DNA of 63,080 nucleotides, counting the filler, from Globobulimina sp. (taxonomy: Eukaryota), in assembly GCA_003354225.1 (NCBI GenBank). It is 56 parts of 56 records of this genome, joined end to end, with 100 filler letters (N's around TTAATTAATTAA, not from the genome) between each part and the next. Parts side by side here need not be neighbours in the genome. Positions count along the whole stretch, not along the records: positions 46,268 to 47,295 come from PIVH01025417.1; positions 47,396 to 48,423 come from PIVH01025418.1; positions 48,524 to 49,551 come from PIVH01025419.1; positions 49,652 to 50,679 come from PIVH01025420.1; positions 50,780 to 51,807 come from PIVH01025421.1; positions 51,908 to 52,935 come from PIVH01025422.1; positions 53,036 to 54,063 come from PIVH01025423.1; positions 54,164 to 55,191 come from PIVH01025424.1; 48 more parts are not named here. One strand, 5' to 3'. The translations under genes and the position numbers were made by a program. The notes below the pieces were generated by a model. The model was not told where the DNA came from. It worked only from the letters and a program-made list of their open reading frames with translations, and ran no database searches. Position 1 is the first letter of the stretch; the number at the start of each line of letters is the position of its first letter. Shown here in pieces: positions 47,201-59,598 of this stretch.

Positions 47201-48127
47201 GGCTGTGTAGTGGTAGTGATATGATTGGAAGTTTATCATTGAAACAGTTGTATGCAATGAGGAATGTATTGGTTGAAAGTGTTGTGAAATATGAGNNNNN
47301 NNNNNNNNNNNNNNNNNNNNNNNNNNNNNNNNNNNNNNNTTAATTAATTAANNNNNNNNNNNNNNNNNNNNNNNNNNNNNNNNNNNNNNNNNNNNATTAC
47401 CAGGTCCAACGCATTCTAATGTGCTGAATGTTGCCTCCGTAGGGTATGTTATCGGCAAAGCGGTGATAGGAATCGGCTCAGTGTACCACGGCCACCATGT
47501 TATTAAACCTTTGTTGTGTTTCTCAAACTCATAAACGTTTTCGAGAGAAGACAGCCGAGTGATATGATGCAATCCAAATTAAAATGTAGATTAGAATTTG
47601 GTATGGATCTATGCTAAATCTATGACTCATCGTGATTTATGTATGATTACTGTACAAATAGAGTCACACTAAATTCTCAGGAAACACATCAAATAATATT
47701 AATTTGGATTGCATCTAACAGAACAAACAGAAAAATATCCTAAAGCTAGATTAAAGAGAATCCAATGGAATTCCAAAATTCTTTCAGCCATAATAGCTAG
47801 CTGTGATTGTTAGGTATGTTTGTAGATGAAATGAATTATGTTTCTGTTGTACATGATATTCAGAAACAAAAGCAAACACTACACGTTTTTGGAATTATGC
47901 ATCAAATGAGCTCCTTTGAGGTATGGACACATCCAATAAATAAGAATCTTTCCAACAGAATAGATTTTTCATTTATTGCTTTAAACACAAACTATGGACC
48001 ATACAACAAAAATAGTTGTTTTTGAAGAAACAATTGAATAAATTTACGTTTAGTACATATTTTTTTTCACTTGCAAAAACCTATTTGTTTTGTATTTATT
48101 TTGAACAATGTGTGCGTTCTAATTAGT

Positions 48128-48358
48128 TGGTGCGGGTTATACTTCTATTTTCTATTTTCTTCGTGTGCGGGTTAATTGTTTTTTGTGTGTGCGGGTTATA
48201 TTTTTATCAGTAAATTGTTTCTTTCTTATTATAGATTTGATTTTTTGGCATTTTGATTCATGCTAAAAATATAACCCGCACACGAAATAACTCAAATAAG
48301 TATAACCCGCACACACGAAATACATACAACACACACAAAAACGAATCATCCCCGCACG
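48128..48358. repeat. Foldback array of GTGCGGGTTA / TAACCCGCAC motifs
   Basis: Three forward copies (~48130-48200) face two or three inverted copies (~48270-48358). The motif also occurs near 59814. Confidence 0.7.
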
Positions 48359-48645
48359 AAAAAATAGATAACACAAACCATCCAAATTCGTCTCCCACCC
48401 GTCGAAAGAACGACGAGCACACANNNNNNNNNNNNNNNNNNNNNNNNNNNNNNNNNNNNNNNNNNNNTTAATTAATTAANNNNNNNNNNNNNNNNNNNNN
48501 NNNNNNNNNNNNNNNNNNNNNNNACAACTTAACATTTAAAACGGAATAAGACAGTGTACGGAGTAATTAATTATTTCAAAACCCCAGTCTCAAGTTTTTT
48601 TTTGTTGCAACAAATCTTAGGGTTTGAGGACTTAAATATAATCTA

Positions 48646-49551
48646 ATGGACAGCAAAGACGCTTTAAAACATACAGAAGATGTATTGGTACTAGATGAAG
48701 ATATTACCTTTGCGTCAATGCATTTAAAACCAGATTTGCTGCGTGGATTTAAGGATGAAGGATTTATAAAGTTAATATATAAAGTTTATTATTCAGAAGC
48801 GCAAGGATTTTATAACAAAAACAATACACAGACCATCACCCATTCAATTACAGGGCATCCCGAGAGGTAAACTAGGAATGGATCTAATTTGTCAGTCAAA
48901 ATCTGGAACAGGTAAAACATTGACATTTTGTACGATAATATTAGAACGGATCAACATTTCAAATAACAACTTATCAAAACAGGATTTAACTCCACAAGCA
49001 ATGATAATAACGCCGACGCGCGAGATTGCGGTGCAAATACGCGATGTTATTCGGCGAATTGCTAAATATTATAAATATTTAACCTGCGATACATTTATAG
49101 GCGGCGTTCCATTAAGTTTCGATAAGAAAAATCTCAATTTGGGCTGTCAAATTATCATTGGTACTCCAGGCAGAATATTGCAACTAATTAATATAAACTG
49201 TTTGATCACGTTTAATATCAAAATTATTGTTTTTGACGAAGCTGATCAATTATTCTACGCTGATTCATTCAAGCTCGACATCAGAAATATTTTATTAAAC
49301 AAGACACCAAAAAACAAACAGATTTTAGCTTTTTCCGCTTCGTACAATAAGGAGAATAATATCATAAACGACATAACCTCATTCATGCGCAATGTCGAAT
49401 TTATTTTAATATCAAATGCAAAACCAACATTAGTTGGCGTGCAGCAATATTTTTACTTTATGGAGCATAACGATGTCAGTATGAATCCAGAAGAAAACAC
49501 AAATAACGTAACAAACATTGCGATGGATAAATTGAGATATGATCACAACTT
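48646..49551 (+). CDS. DDX20: DEAD-box helicase DDX20/Gemin3-like; intron 48771-48831
   Basis: TEDV..TF.SM.L...LLRG...GF.K-PSPIQ..GIP.G..G.DLICQSKSGTGKT, PTREIAVQI, DEAD and FSAS. Confidence 0.85.
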
Positions 49552-49874
49552 NNNNNNNNNNNNNNNNNNNNNNNNNNNNNNNNNNNNNNNNNNNNTTAAT
49601 TAATTAANNNNNNNNNNNNNNNNNNNNNNNNNNNNNNNNNNNNNNNNNNNNAAGTAAAAACGTTAATTTGTTGACAACGTTTTGTATGTTAACAAACCAA
49701 CCAAGTAATTATGGGAACAGACAAAATTCCTGACCATTAAAATAACAAGATATTGTGGCTTTTATTTCTCGAAAGATTTAATGATTTGTTTACTGTGTTT
49801 TTATGCAAACGAATACAAATTAATTTTATAACTTAATTTGAAGATAATAAGCACAATTATACAATCAGCAAAAA

Positions 49875-50516
49875 TTATTCATCTTGATCTTCAAATTCAT
49901 CGTCATCAATTTCTTGAACATCTTCATCTGCGTATTCATCAAAATACGTTTCTGGGAATCCATGCGATTCAACATCACTTTCATCACTATATCTTGGAAC
50001 TAAATACCCAGTCAAATAAACTTCAGAAACATTTGTTCCTTCAAGTTTTAAAATCGCAGCATCTATAAAATACAAACAAACAAAAACATTAAAATTTATG
50101 TATAATTTAAACACTTGCACTGATTGCAAAGCAATGAAAAAGCAAAAAAGACATAGGATAAAATGCATACCGTCTATTAATAAATCCAATGCGACATTCT
50201 CTTTTCCTGAATTTAATACACAAATTGGTACTGCTTCATTGTTTCCACTCACTTCAATCATAACTAACGTTCGTGTGTTTTTATTAATTTCTGAGCCAAA
50301 ACAAGCATTTGTAATATTGATCATGAACCCAGCGATTTGTGGCTGTTCAATTAATTCCTCTTCATCTGGCACTAATTTCATTGACCAAAAAACTGATGGT
50401 TCGTCTTGCTCCAATTCATTAATTTGTTCCATGGAATCATTTGACAGTAAATCAAAATCTTCATCACAATCTGATCCTGATTCAATATTCTTTTGTTTCT
50501 TGATTATTCCAGACAT
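49875..50516 (-). CDS. Nucleoplasmin-like (NPL) domain protein; probable intron 50063-50170
   Basis: FWSMKLVP, ITNACFG, PICVL, LDL and VYLTGY, followed by an acidic tail. Confidence 0.8.
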   Translation of the reverse strand: MSGIIKKQKNIESGSDCDEDFDLLSNDSMEQINELEQDEPSVFWSMKLVPDEEELIEQPQIAGFMINITNACFGSEINKNTRTLVMIEVSGNNEAVPICVLNSGKENVALDLLIDGMHFILCLFCFFIALQSVQVFKLYINFNVFVCLYFIDAAILKLEGTNVSEVYLTGYLVPRYSDESDVESHGFPETYFDEYADEDVQEIDDDEFEDQDE

Positions 50517-50779
50517 TTTAGTATGTTCGCGTTGTTTAAATTTAAAAATATTTAATTTAGATCTGATAGAACAATTAGTTTTGTTGGGTAGAAAATACAG
50601 TGAGTACAAATAATTGGAAGTAAGTTTTTGTCAATTAAATTTCCACAAAGAATGACGTTTAAACAATCATTATGTATAANNNNNNNNNNNNNNNNNNNNN
50701 NNNNNNNNNNNNNNNNNNNNNNNTTAATTAATTAANNNNNNNNNNNNNNNNNNNNNNNNNNNNNNNNNNNNNNNNNNNN

Positions 50780-51807
50780 ATACTTTCTTGTTTGTATTAT
50801 ATACATTCAGTTTAAGATAACTTTGGTAATAATTTAATATTTCAACCTGTAAATTATCACAGTTATTTTCCAAATTCACGGAATATCTTTGCAACAATTT
50901 GCTGATATCATGTCGCGTTAAATCTATTGTGATTTCATTCAGTATCTTCTCATCCAAATGTGATATAAAACTATTTATATATTCCACATTTCTATTTATC
51001 TTTCCATCCTGTTTAGGCAATGTTTTTTCTAATTCTATTTCTATTCCCATTCCAATGTTTGCTGTTAAGAGTTTTTCTGCTATCCTTATCATTGAATATT
51101 TCCTCATTATGTGAGATTTGAAAGAATTTATCTTCAACAATGGCTAAAAAAATATTAAATATGACAGCAATGAATAAAATGGACCAGGAATACATATAAA
51201 TCTCGGCGACAATATTTCCAATTCCAGCGGTAACGAATGAATCATAGACGTCATCGCCAAGCAATACGCAGTACAATGTTTTGGCAGTAATCTCTGGCGA
51301 ATTAAACCTTTGGTCATTATGTATCATGTCATCCTTTGACCTCCCAAACAATAAGGAACCAAATAATGTGTAGGCCATTGTTATCGGCAAAATGGAGATT
51401 AATAAAATAATACTTGGCTTCAAAGACAAGACATTGCAATCGTACTGAACAATGCTCCATATTGTGTCACTTTGCTTGTGTTATTCAATGTGACTGATAA
51501 CATACAGCATGATGCCAATGCAGTAAATGCTAATATTCCCCGCAACCACCACTCATCATTCAAGTCATAAATTTGTGACAAATTTAATAAATACATTACG
51601 CCACAAAGCAAACATAAAAGATGTGACATTGGCAATAATATTTTCCATTTTACTTTTAGAACATTACATATTAATCCATACTGATACACAAAATGTAGTA
51701 TTGCGACCAAAGAGGAAATGACCAATCCCAATGCAGCAATAATAAAACATGTGTATTGAAAAGAGTTTCTATTCCACCATGACACATTTCTGCTGATACG
51801 GTGATAA
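50780..51807 (-). pseudogene. Mucolipin/polycystin-type cation channel, frameshifted
   Basis: S5-pore-S6 sequence AYTLFGSLLFG..RF.....TLYCVLLGDDVYDSF..YMYSW.ILFI.VIFNIFLAIVED. The frameshift falls at a 5-bp duplication, 51424-51433. Confidence 0.8.
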
Positions 51808-51942
51808 NNNNNNNNNNNNNNNNNNNNNNNNNNNNNNNNNNNNNNNNNNNNTTAATTAATTAANNNNNNNNNNNNNNNNNNNNNNNNNNNNNNNNNNNNN
51901 NNNNNNNAAGCGATCAAAATTAAAAATAAAAAAAGTCCATTA

Positions 51943-52737
51943 ATGGATGAAATCGACATTGCAGTGAGAAACAGAGCAATTTCCTCGCAAAGTAAATTAA
52001 AATTAAATGCAAACTCCGACGATAAAAAAGAAGATATTATGTATAATCAAAAGAATCTCTATAAACATAAGCAATCAGCATCACAGAGACAAATATTGTC
52101 CAATTCGAGCAAATGCAATCATTTCAGCTGTAAATGTAGAAAATTCATACAAAATGCATCGAAATGGAATAAGGGCAAATGCAAAACATGCAATCATACG
52201 GCAATGGAACACGAACATGGATATGGTACGAATGTCAGTGTTGTCAGTGACAAAAATCAAAATCAAAATAAAATCAAACAATTTGAACAGGAATATAGTA
52301 TCAATTATAATTTCGATGAATGTGTGTATACTGTGGCTGTGAAGAAGTGTAAATATACAATTGAGGATTTACGGAGTGCGGTGATGGAAGAAACGGATAA
52401 AAATAAAAACGAATTGATATTTATGTTGGATGGGGATGTTGTAACTGATTATAATATGGATATTATACAATATTTTCAATTTAGTAATACTGATACAATC
52501 ACATTTGACGTGGCATTAAATATTAATAAGGTTGTAATTGAAAGTAAAGAGGAGAAGAATAAAGAGGTGGATGGGAATGAAGGGGAGGATGAGTGTGTTG
52601 TGTGTATGGATAAGGAGAGGAGTTATATATGTACGCCGTGTGGACATTTTTGTATTTGTGAAGGTTGCATTGAAGCCATAAGTAATAAATGTCCAATTTG
52701 CAGGAAGGATTGTAAAGTAATACAAGTTTTTAAGTGA
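51943..52737 (+). CDS. C-terminal C3HC4 RING (IAP-type) E3 ligase-like protein with an internal Zn finger
   Basis: ECVVCMD......PCGH.CIC..C......CPICR and C.C..F....W.K.KC..C.H...EH. Confidence 0.88.
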   Translation: MDEIDIAVRNRAISSQSKLKLNANSDDKKEDIMYNQKNLYKHKQSASQRQILSNSSKCNHFSCKCRKFIQNASKWNKGKCKTCNHTAMEHEHGYGTNVSVVSDKNQNQNKIKQFEQEYSINYNFDECVYTVAVKKCKYTIEDLRSAVMEETDKNKNELIFMLDGDVVTDYNMDIIQYFQFSNTDTITFDVALNINKVVIESKEEKNKEVDGNEGEDECVVCMDKERSYICTPCGHFCICEGCIEAISNKCPICRKDCKVIQVFK

Positions 52738-53168
52738 TAAGTTTTGTTCTGTTATGGATATTTGTGTTATTATTGTAATTTATAATTAATTATATAGTTA
52801 AAAACATTATTTTTTTATTTGCCAGTTATCCACGTAGGAAATTGACGAGTTGGTCACTGTTTGGGTTCGAACATATTAAAAAAGATTATATGACAAAAAC
52901 TAGCTGCGTCTATAACGATTCTATAATTCTATAATNNNNNNNNNNNNNNNNNNNNNNNNNNNNNNNNNNNNNNNNNNNNTTAATTAATTAANNNNNNNNN
53001 NNNNNNNNNNNNNNNNNNNNNNNNNNNNNNNNNNNAATAACAAGGAATCGACGGAGTAAAAACAATATTCTGAATAAAAATAAGAACTATTTAAATGGAA
53101 ATCTTATATTTAACAGTGCAGATTTCTCAGAACCAACACTATCCCCATCCACTACGGACAGCATTGGT

Positions 53169-54063
53169 TTGATAACAAGTGAAGACACCATAGAATTGCA
53201 ACAATTGGGCGCACCAAATGCAATCTCCCGTTCCCTCCATGGACAGACACGAACAAGTCACGCATTTTGGAATTTATGTAAATGCTATGTCGGCGCAGCC
53301 TCATTTGCATTGCCTTGGGCTGTCTCACAAACTGGTTTAATATCCGCCATTATTGGCTTTTTATTGTTGGCTTCTTTGGCCTGGTTAACATTTCGATGGA
53401 TGCTCATCTCGTCGCATTATGCAAATAAAAACACCAATCCAACCTACCCAGAATTAGCAGAGATCGCATTCAATAAATTCTTCCCATTATTCAAGCATAA
53501 TACAAACAGCATAAATTACATTGAAATGGCAGAAACGGCTGAAAATACACGCGATGAGAGCGAGAGCGAAGAATTAATCGATAATAATATGGATAAGATA
53601 GTATATGAAAATACAGAGAATAATAGGTATAAGCTACGTAATTATCGCTGTGGTAAAATAGGTAAAATATTGGTGTATTTGTGCATGTTTTTCGGTATGA
53701 TTGGTGCGTGCGGTTCGTACATTTTATTTATTTCTTCAGTTATACAGAGTTGGTTAGCTCCATTACTCTCCGCAGAATCCGCATTCTCTTTTTATATCTC
53801 CATATGCATCTTATTGCCCTTTCCCATTATTTTGTCGCTGACCCGTTCATATTCATTTTTATCATCCACTGCAAAATTCGGTGTGGCGGGCGTTGCCTTG
53901 GCATTATTAGTCACTTTGTATGATGGCATATTACGTATATCCGATGGTGCTGTCACTAAACAGACGCTTTCAAACAATTTATTGTATGTCGATTTATCAG
54001 GTTTCCCCATATTTGTTGGAAACGCGTGTTTCTTATTTATTATTCATGCGATGATATTGTCAC
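53169..54063 (+). CDS. AAAP-family amino acid transporter, partial
   Basis: AFWNLCKCYVGAASFALPWA...G, TYPELA..AF and G.C.SYILFI. Confidence 0.88.
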
Positions 54064-54163
54064 NNNNNNNNNNNNNNNNNNNNNNNNNNNNNNNNNNNNN
54101 NNNNNNNTTAATTAATTAANNNNNNNNNNNNNNNNNNNNNNNNNNNNNNNNNNNNNNNNNNNN

Positions 54164-54793
54164 GCGAATATCCCAGTCAAGGAAACCTCATATCGGTGCT
54201 GTATGCTTGGCACTGTGGTCAACGGCCAAAATAACACGTTTGCTGTGCAACAATGTCGCATTGGTGATGGGGACGAAAACAATGTGATGTTTCCAAATTA
54301 TTTTGATCGTTCGAGTGCGGATAAAAGTCGTTTTTGTTCGTCTTATTGTGAAAAGAAGAAGCATTATCATCATGTGATGACTTTAAACGGTGGCGTTGAT
54401 TTGATGTATTTGCAAGAGTCTGGCTTTTGGATTGTTTTACAATATGCGTTTAATGAGAATTATTTTGATGAGTATGCTCCATTTTCAGTTGAATTATATA
54501 TGGATAAAACAGCAAATATTTTCCATAGCGGAGAGTTTATTGCAGCTATGTCTTGTTTAGGTGCCGCAATTTGTATTGTATTTTTTTTGATTTGTGCGAT
54601 TAAAAAATATAGGAAAGCTACAAAATACACTGCCGTCGATAGGGAATCATACAAACAATTTTATAATAAAAGGGATGAAATTTTGGTCGATATATTTGGG
54701 AAAGATATTGTTTTTATAATCAGGGAATATTTGAATCAGTTAGAATGCATTCAAGAAATTAAAGATGAAACTGTGTGGAAAGGAAAAATGTAG
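54164..54793 (+). CDS. Single-TM membrane protein, C-terminal part
   Basis: Open frame with one hydrophobic helix. Confidence 0.5.
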   Translation, partial: ANIPVKETSYRCCMLGTVVNGQNNTFAVQQCRIGDGDENNVMFPNYFDRSSADKSRFCSSYCEKKKHYHHVMTLNGGVDLMYLQESGFWIVLQYAFNENYFDEYAPFSVELYMDKTANIFHSGEFIAAMSCLGAAICIVFFLICAIKKYRKATKYTAVDRESYKQFYNKRDEILVDIFGKDIVFIIREYLNQLECIQEIKDETVWKGKM

Positions 54794-54976
54794 CTAGGAT
54801 TTGTTTATTTTTTTTTTAATTTGTGTGATTCATTTTTTTTCAATTTGAATACTGTATTAATTGTTTAAAGCAAATTTAATTAGAGTTTTGTTTCCAAATC
54901 AATGCGAGGAAAAACAAAACAATTTAATAGAGATAAAAAAAAACATATTTAATAATATATATATTTACAGGCGATC

Positions 54977-55008
54977 GCGATATTCTAAATACGTCCTATT
55001 CTAAAGTA
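54977..55008 (-). mobile_element. Putative transposon end TA-CTTTAGAATAGGACGT, copy 2
   Basis: Reverse complement of 37031-37062. Confidence 0.6.
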
Positions 55009-55305
55009 TACAGTGGTTTTGTCTCTCCAAACAGAAATGATATAGCGCAATGTAGAAAAAAGTCTGGCAGGAACTGGAGGTGCCATTACTCTTGCAATGC
55101 TCAGTCCATTTTTGGTGAATTTCTAATCACGAATATCAATAATGGATCCAGGCTTTGTAACAATTTCTAATCCAAATAAAAGACGAGCCAGNNNNNNNNN
55201 NNNNNNNNNNNNNNNNNNNNNNNNNNNNNNNNNNNTTAATTAATTAANNNNNNNNNNNNNNNNNNNNNNNNNNNNNNNNNNNNNNNNNNNNGGAAGACCG
55301 AAAAC

Positions 55306-55560
55306 ATGATGGATTTGCGCTTCCGGTATGTACCGGGCTTTTTCTTTCTATCGGTGATGTTTGTGGGCAATGCCATGGGTGTCACATTTGTCGACCAGTC
55401 AACTTATGATGCACGCACTCCTGGTTATATCAGCCTGAGTAAAAATGGCGAGATGTACGTCCTGACCGGAGACATCGTTGCCGAGGACACGGCCTTTATC
55501 GTCCAGGGCCATGGCATCAGATTGGATTTGAACGGATTCACGGTTGTGTATGGTAACTGT
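55306..55560 (+). CDS. Bacterial secreted beta-helix protein N-terminus
   Basis: GC-richer, with a signal peptide and YVLTGDI......I.LDLNGFTV.YG. Confidence 0.65.
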
Positions 55561-55647
55561 TTATGTCGTTACGGAAGTTAACCATATAAAGAAACAGTCA
55601 CCGAAGTGTTTCCATGCATACATACGTTTCTGTTGTATTGATTTTAG

Positions 55648-55982
55648 GTCTTGGGGATATTGCATTGCCTGGCTTGTTAATCTCGTTTTTATTGAGATAT
55701 GATTATAACAATAGGATTGGTATTGTTCCGTGTATGGATAATATAAAAAATGGATATTTCTTAACTGCACTGATTGGATATTTAGTTGGTATGTTGTTGA
55801 CGTATATTAATTTAATAGCGATGCAATCTGGACAGCCGGCCTTGTTGTTCTTAGTTCCGTGTACTTTGGGTGTTACAGTGTTAGTTTCGTATAAAAGAGG
55901 ACATTTGAAACATATATGGGACGGTGTTTCGTCGCATTATAAAACCACCAATGGCGTTCAAGAATTTCTCTTAAAATGCTAA
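55648..55982 (+). CDS. Signal peptide peptidase-like (SPPL) protease, last exon
   Basis: GLGDIALPGLLI.F.LRYD and GQPALLFLVP, preceded by a TTTTAG acceptor. Confidence 0.9.
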
Positions 55983-56509
55983 ACAATTATTTAAATTTTT
56001 TTTTTTGGCATATATATTGATATAATTTATCGATTTACCTGATTGTATTCATGTAAAACCTTTCGTTTCAATGTCTGACGATGTTAGTTACTTTGCAAAA
56101 AACAACTGAGAAAAATCAAAACTTCTTCAAGATGTAATTCGAAATTTATGAAATCGACAAATCAGTTGCATTGAGAGATGATGTTACAGTATTACGATTT
56201 TTAAGGCATTAATCTATCGATAGGAAGTTATAAACAAGAAATTAAATTATTTAAATATCAATAATAAAGCAACAAGATATTGCTGCAACAAACGAAGCGA
56301 TTGAAGACATAATTAAGANNNNNNNNNNNNNNNNNNNNNNNNNNNNNNNNNNNNNNNNNNNNTTAATTAATTAANNNNNNNNNNNNNNNNNNNNNNNNNN
56401 NNNNNNNNNNNNNNNNNNTAATAAAAAAAAAAAGAAAATACGAGAAAAAAATGAGCAACATATGATATTTCTGATGCTTTACTGTAACTACAGCATTAAA
56501 GAAAAAAAG

Positions 56510-57050
56510 TTATCTACAAAATCCATCCACTTTACAGACTTCCGAACAACAATTTGCATTCGCAACGCATTGATCGTCTCTCATAAAACAAGCAACACCG
56601 GGATTGAGATCATTTTGTGGCGGATTTGCATGGCAATTCTGAGCATCCCATTTACAGCGCCCATTAGGTTCCGCCAAACAGGCTGCCTCACTCTGTTCAT
56701 CCCAACATCTTCCTTGCCACGCTTTGAAATCCGGCACCGAAGTATGACAGCAAAAGGTAGACTGAATCGGCGGCGCACATCGACACGCCAACTCATCCAA
56801 AATGCCAGACTCGCAACTTCGTGCTGTCGGCGTGCCATAAGGACAGCCACAGGCACAGGTATCAGGGGATTGTATCTGGCCAGGTCCAGCACAGGGGATT
56901 GGACAATCACACTGACAGTTTCGCAATACTTTACCTATGGCACTGCAATCAGTCGCGGTGGGCGCGTACGACGAGCAGCCACACGCACAAGTTTCTAAAT
57001 TCATAACAGCCGCACCCGGACACGTATTACCTCCGGAACACTCACATTGA
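56510..57050 (-). CDS. Cys-rich CxCxC repeat protein, C-terminal part
   Basis: Repeated TCACGC/CQCDCP units and a terminal C..DDQC...CCS..C. Confidence 0.75.
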
Positions 57051-57214
57051 CCTGTTCAAAAACGCATTATTATGAGCTAAAAACGGCAGACATGACACAT
57101 ACATGTGTTTTGATTGAATAATTGTCCGTGTAAACAGCCTCCAATGGGTTGCGAATTTGGTGGACAGTCGCAACTACACGAACTAGAGTGGTAAATCTGA
57201 TACGTGGCCTCCGT

Positions 57215-57445
57215 GCCGCAAATGGTGGGATCGCCGCGGGACTCCTGTTTACAGGGGAATTCCTGTTGATATACTGGGGGCTTGATTATACCTATGCCTC
57301 ACGCTCTGCGATTTTTTTGTACCTCTCTCCTTTTGTTGTAGCGATTGGATCACAACTCTTTATTCCCGGGGAGCGCTTGAGAAAAATCCAGGGTCTTGGG
57401 CTTTGCTGTGCATTTGTGGGGATCCTGACAACCTTTGGTGAATCG
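57215..57445 (+). CDS. Bacterial EamA/DMT transporter fragment
   Basis: GLLFTGEFLLIYWGL.YT.ASRS.IFLY.SPF.VA.G..LFIPGERL...Q..GL..AF.G. Confidence 0.85.
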
Positions 57446-58672
57446 NNNNNNNNNNNNNNNNNNNNNNNNNNNNNNNNNNNNNNNNNNNNTTAATTAATTA
57501 ANNNNNNNNNNNNNNNNNNNNNNNNNNNNNNNNNNNNNNNNNNNNATTCCATTTGCAATTAATTTGGAATATAATTGTGTCAATTGATTGTTTGATAGGC
57601 ACCGGAATAAAAGCTGTTGGCTGGAGTTGTTTGGTTGTGCCATGGTAACAAAGTTGTGGTGTCTCGCAAAAATGATTTCCTGTTTTCAAGTACAGTAAGT
57701 TAATTTTAATAAATATTGTCAAATATAATGTCAACAATACGTGTGAGTTTAAAGCAATCTGAATCGTCCATTATTTACCAAGAAGATGAAGTTGAGAAGT
57801 TTATGAATACAATTAAACGGTACAGACAATATCCAGAATAATATACAGAAAGCATCGCATACTGAAAAGACTACACATCCTCTTCGATTCATCATTGGTT
57901 CAACAAAAGTACAGCCACTAAATGCGGTATCAATGCAGCAAAACTTATCTGGTAAAATTGAAATGGACCAATTAGTTATTAGTCTGGTTTCCGCCATTCG
58001 TTTACATGATGGCTCCGAAAGAAAAAAGAAAAAAAAAGTCAATAATCACAAAAGAAAAAAGAAAAAAAAACATTCAAAACGTACACCCAAATTACTGCCA
58101 GTTAGTGCACTTAAATTAGATATAATTTATGAATCGAACGCTACGTATGCACCAACACTAAAAAAGAATAAAAAGAGAAAAAGTGGTACATTGCGTGGAT
58201 CATTACATACATATTAAATTAAACTAATGTAATTATGTTATATTATATTATATATTAAATAAAAATGACCAATTTAGGCTCTTAATGTATATGCAGGTTT
58301 CAAACTAACTCAAATGTATAAATATTAAATATTAGATCCGATTTATATTAGTTTGCAAATTGCATACAAACTGAATTGCGTTGTCTAGAATATATATGAA
58401 GACTTGCATTTTAAAACCAAACCTTACTAGTTTTTCTGAAGTCACTAGCTTCCAAGCATCCTTTCGTCATCTTACGTTGTGCTGAGGAGGTAGCTGATTA
58501 GATTTATTGGTGCGTCCAACGGCAATAGGCAAACCTCGACCATCAAACGGACGCCTGCATTTGACTACACAGNNNNNNNNNNNNNNNNNNNNNNNNNNNN
58601 NNNNNNNNNNNNNNNNTTAATTAATTAANNNNNNNNNNNNNNNNNNNNNNNNNNNNNNNNNNNNNNNNNNNN

Positions 58673-58797
58673 TAAATGGAATATAATGTGAGAGCAAATA
58701 AAACTACAAAAAATGTTGGGCCTATTTGTTTCCACCAACATGTACGGACTGTATCTTTTATTAGTTTTTCAGAGTAATTAAGTTTGATTGGAGCCAT
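58673..58797 (-). CDS. Cassette gene start, YcxB-like membrane protein (not in the ORF track)
   Basis: MAPIKLNYSEKLIKDTVRTCWWKQIGPTFFVVL begins 13 bp after the attC R' box. Confidence 0.6.
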
Positions 58798-58810
58798 ATT
58801 TTATTTTTGT

Positions 58811-58942
58811 ATATAGCGTTAAGTTCAGTTGACACTGGCACAAACAAAAATTGGTAAGTGTGAAGAAGTAACTACAAACAATTACCTTGGCAGAAGCAAC
58901 AACCGAGCTGTGCCAGAGGTCAACTGGAACGTCTTATAGCGA
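58811..58942 (-). mobile_element. Integron attC of the same family as 4783-4913; R' = GCTATAT, R'' degenerate
   Basis: Collinear with the first site, with compensatory stem changes (CAC/GTG to CAG/CTG and CTC/GAG to TTC/GAA). Confidence 0.8.
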
Positions 58943-58948
58943 AATTTA

Positions 58949-59089
58949 TTATATTGCTGATATCATTATTATAATGAACACAAAACCAAAACTAATGCTC
59001 ATTGCCCATACATGGTTTCTAAGTTCTTTATCATTTTTTTCTTTATATATTTTAGAACACTGAGAAATGAAATTATACAAGCCTCTCAT
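58949..59089 (-). CDS. Small membrane peptide ORF ending next to attC
   Basis: 46 aa with a C-terminal TM helix; TAA TAA just before R''. Confidence 0.5.
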   Translation of the reverse strand: MRGLYNFISQCSKIYKEKNDKELRNHVWAMSISFGFVFIIIMISAI

Positions 59090-59198
59090 TTCGCCTAGTG
59101 GGAAGATTGGTATTTAGACTTAGCCAGTTGTTTTTTTTCTGTGAGTCCAGTTGAATGGCTGGCACAGTAATTTCACTATAGTCATTTGGAAAATAATT

Positions 59199-59567
59199 AT
59201 GTACAAAAACCTATTTAAATTCGCAGTATTAAGCATAACAATTTTAACTGCTGAATTAGTGGCGAACTTAATAACAGACTACCTTGTTACATACAAATGG
59301 ACGTTTAAGCCAATTCGGTTTACTCTATTGTCAATGGCTATCATTATGGTTGTCTTTTATCCTCTGCTGACACAATTTGAAAAATGGCTTAACAAATTCA
59401 CAAAGCGTTTTGTTAAAGCAGGCCACTTTTATTTTGGTAAATACTTGGGGTTATTGTTTATGTATTTTCTTGCATTAATCATATTAACCTATTTCTATGC
59501 CAAAATGTGGTACGACATCGACCTTATTGACTATGTTTTAAATGGAAAAATTGCCACTTTATTTTAG
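59199..59567 (+). CDS. Bacterial 3-TM hypothetical protein
   Basis: MYKNLFKFAVLSITILTA...; three hydrophobic helices. Confidence 0.7.
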   Translation: MYKNLFKFAVLSITILTAELVANLITDYLVTYKWTFKPIRFTLLSMAIIMVVFYPLLTQFEKWLNKFTKRFVKAGHFYFGKYLGLLFMYFLALIILTYFYAKMWYDIDLIDYVLNGKIATLF

Positions 59568-59598
59568 GTTGCTCAGTTTTTGAGTTATTTTTTTCAAA

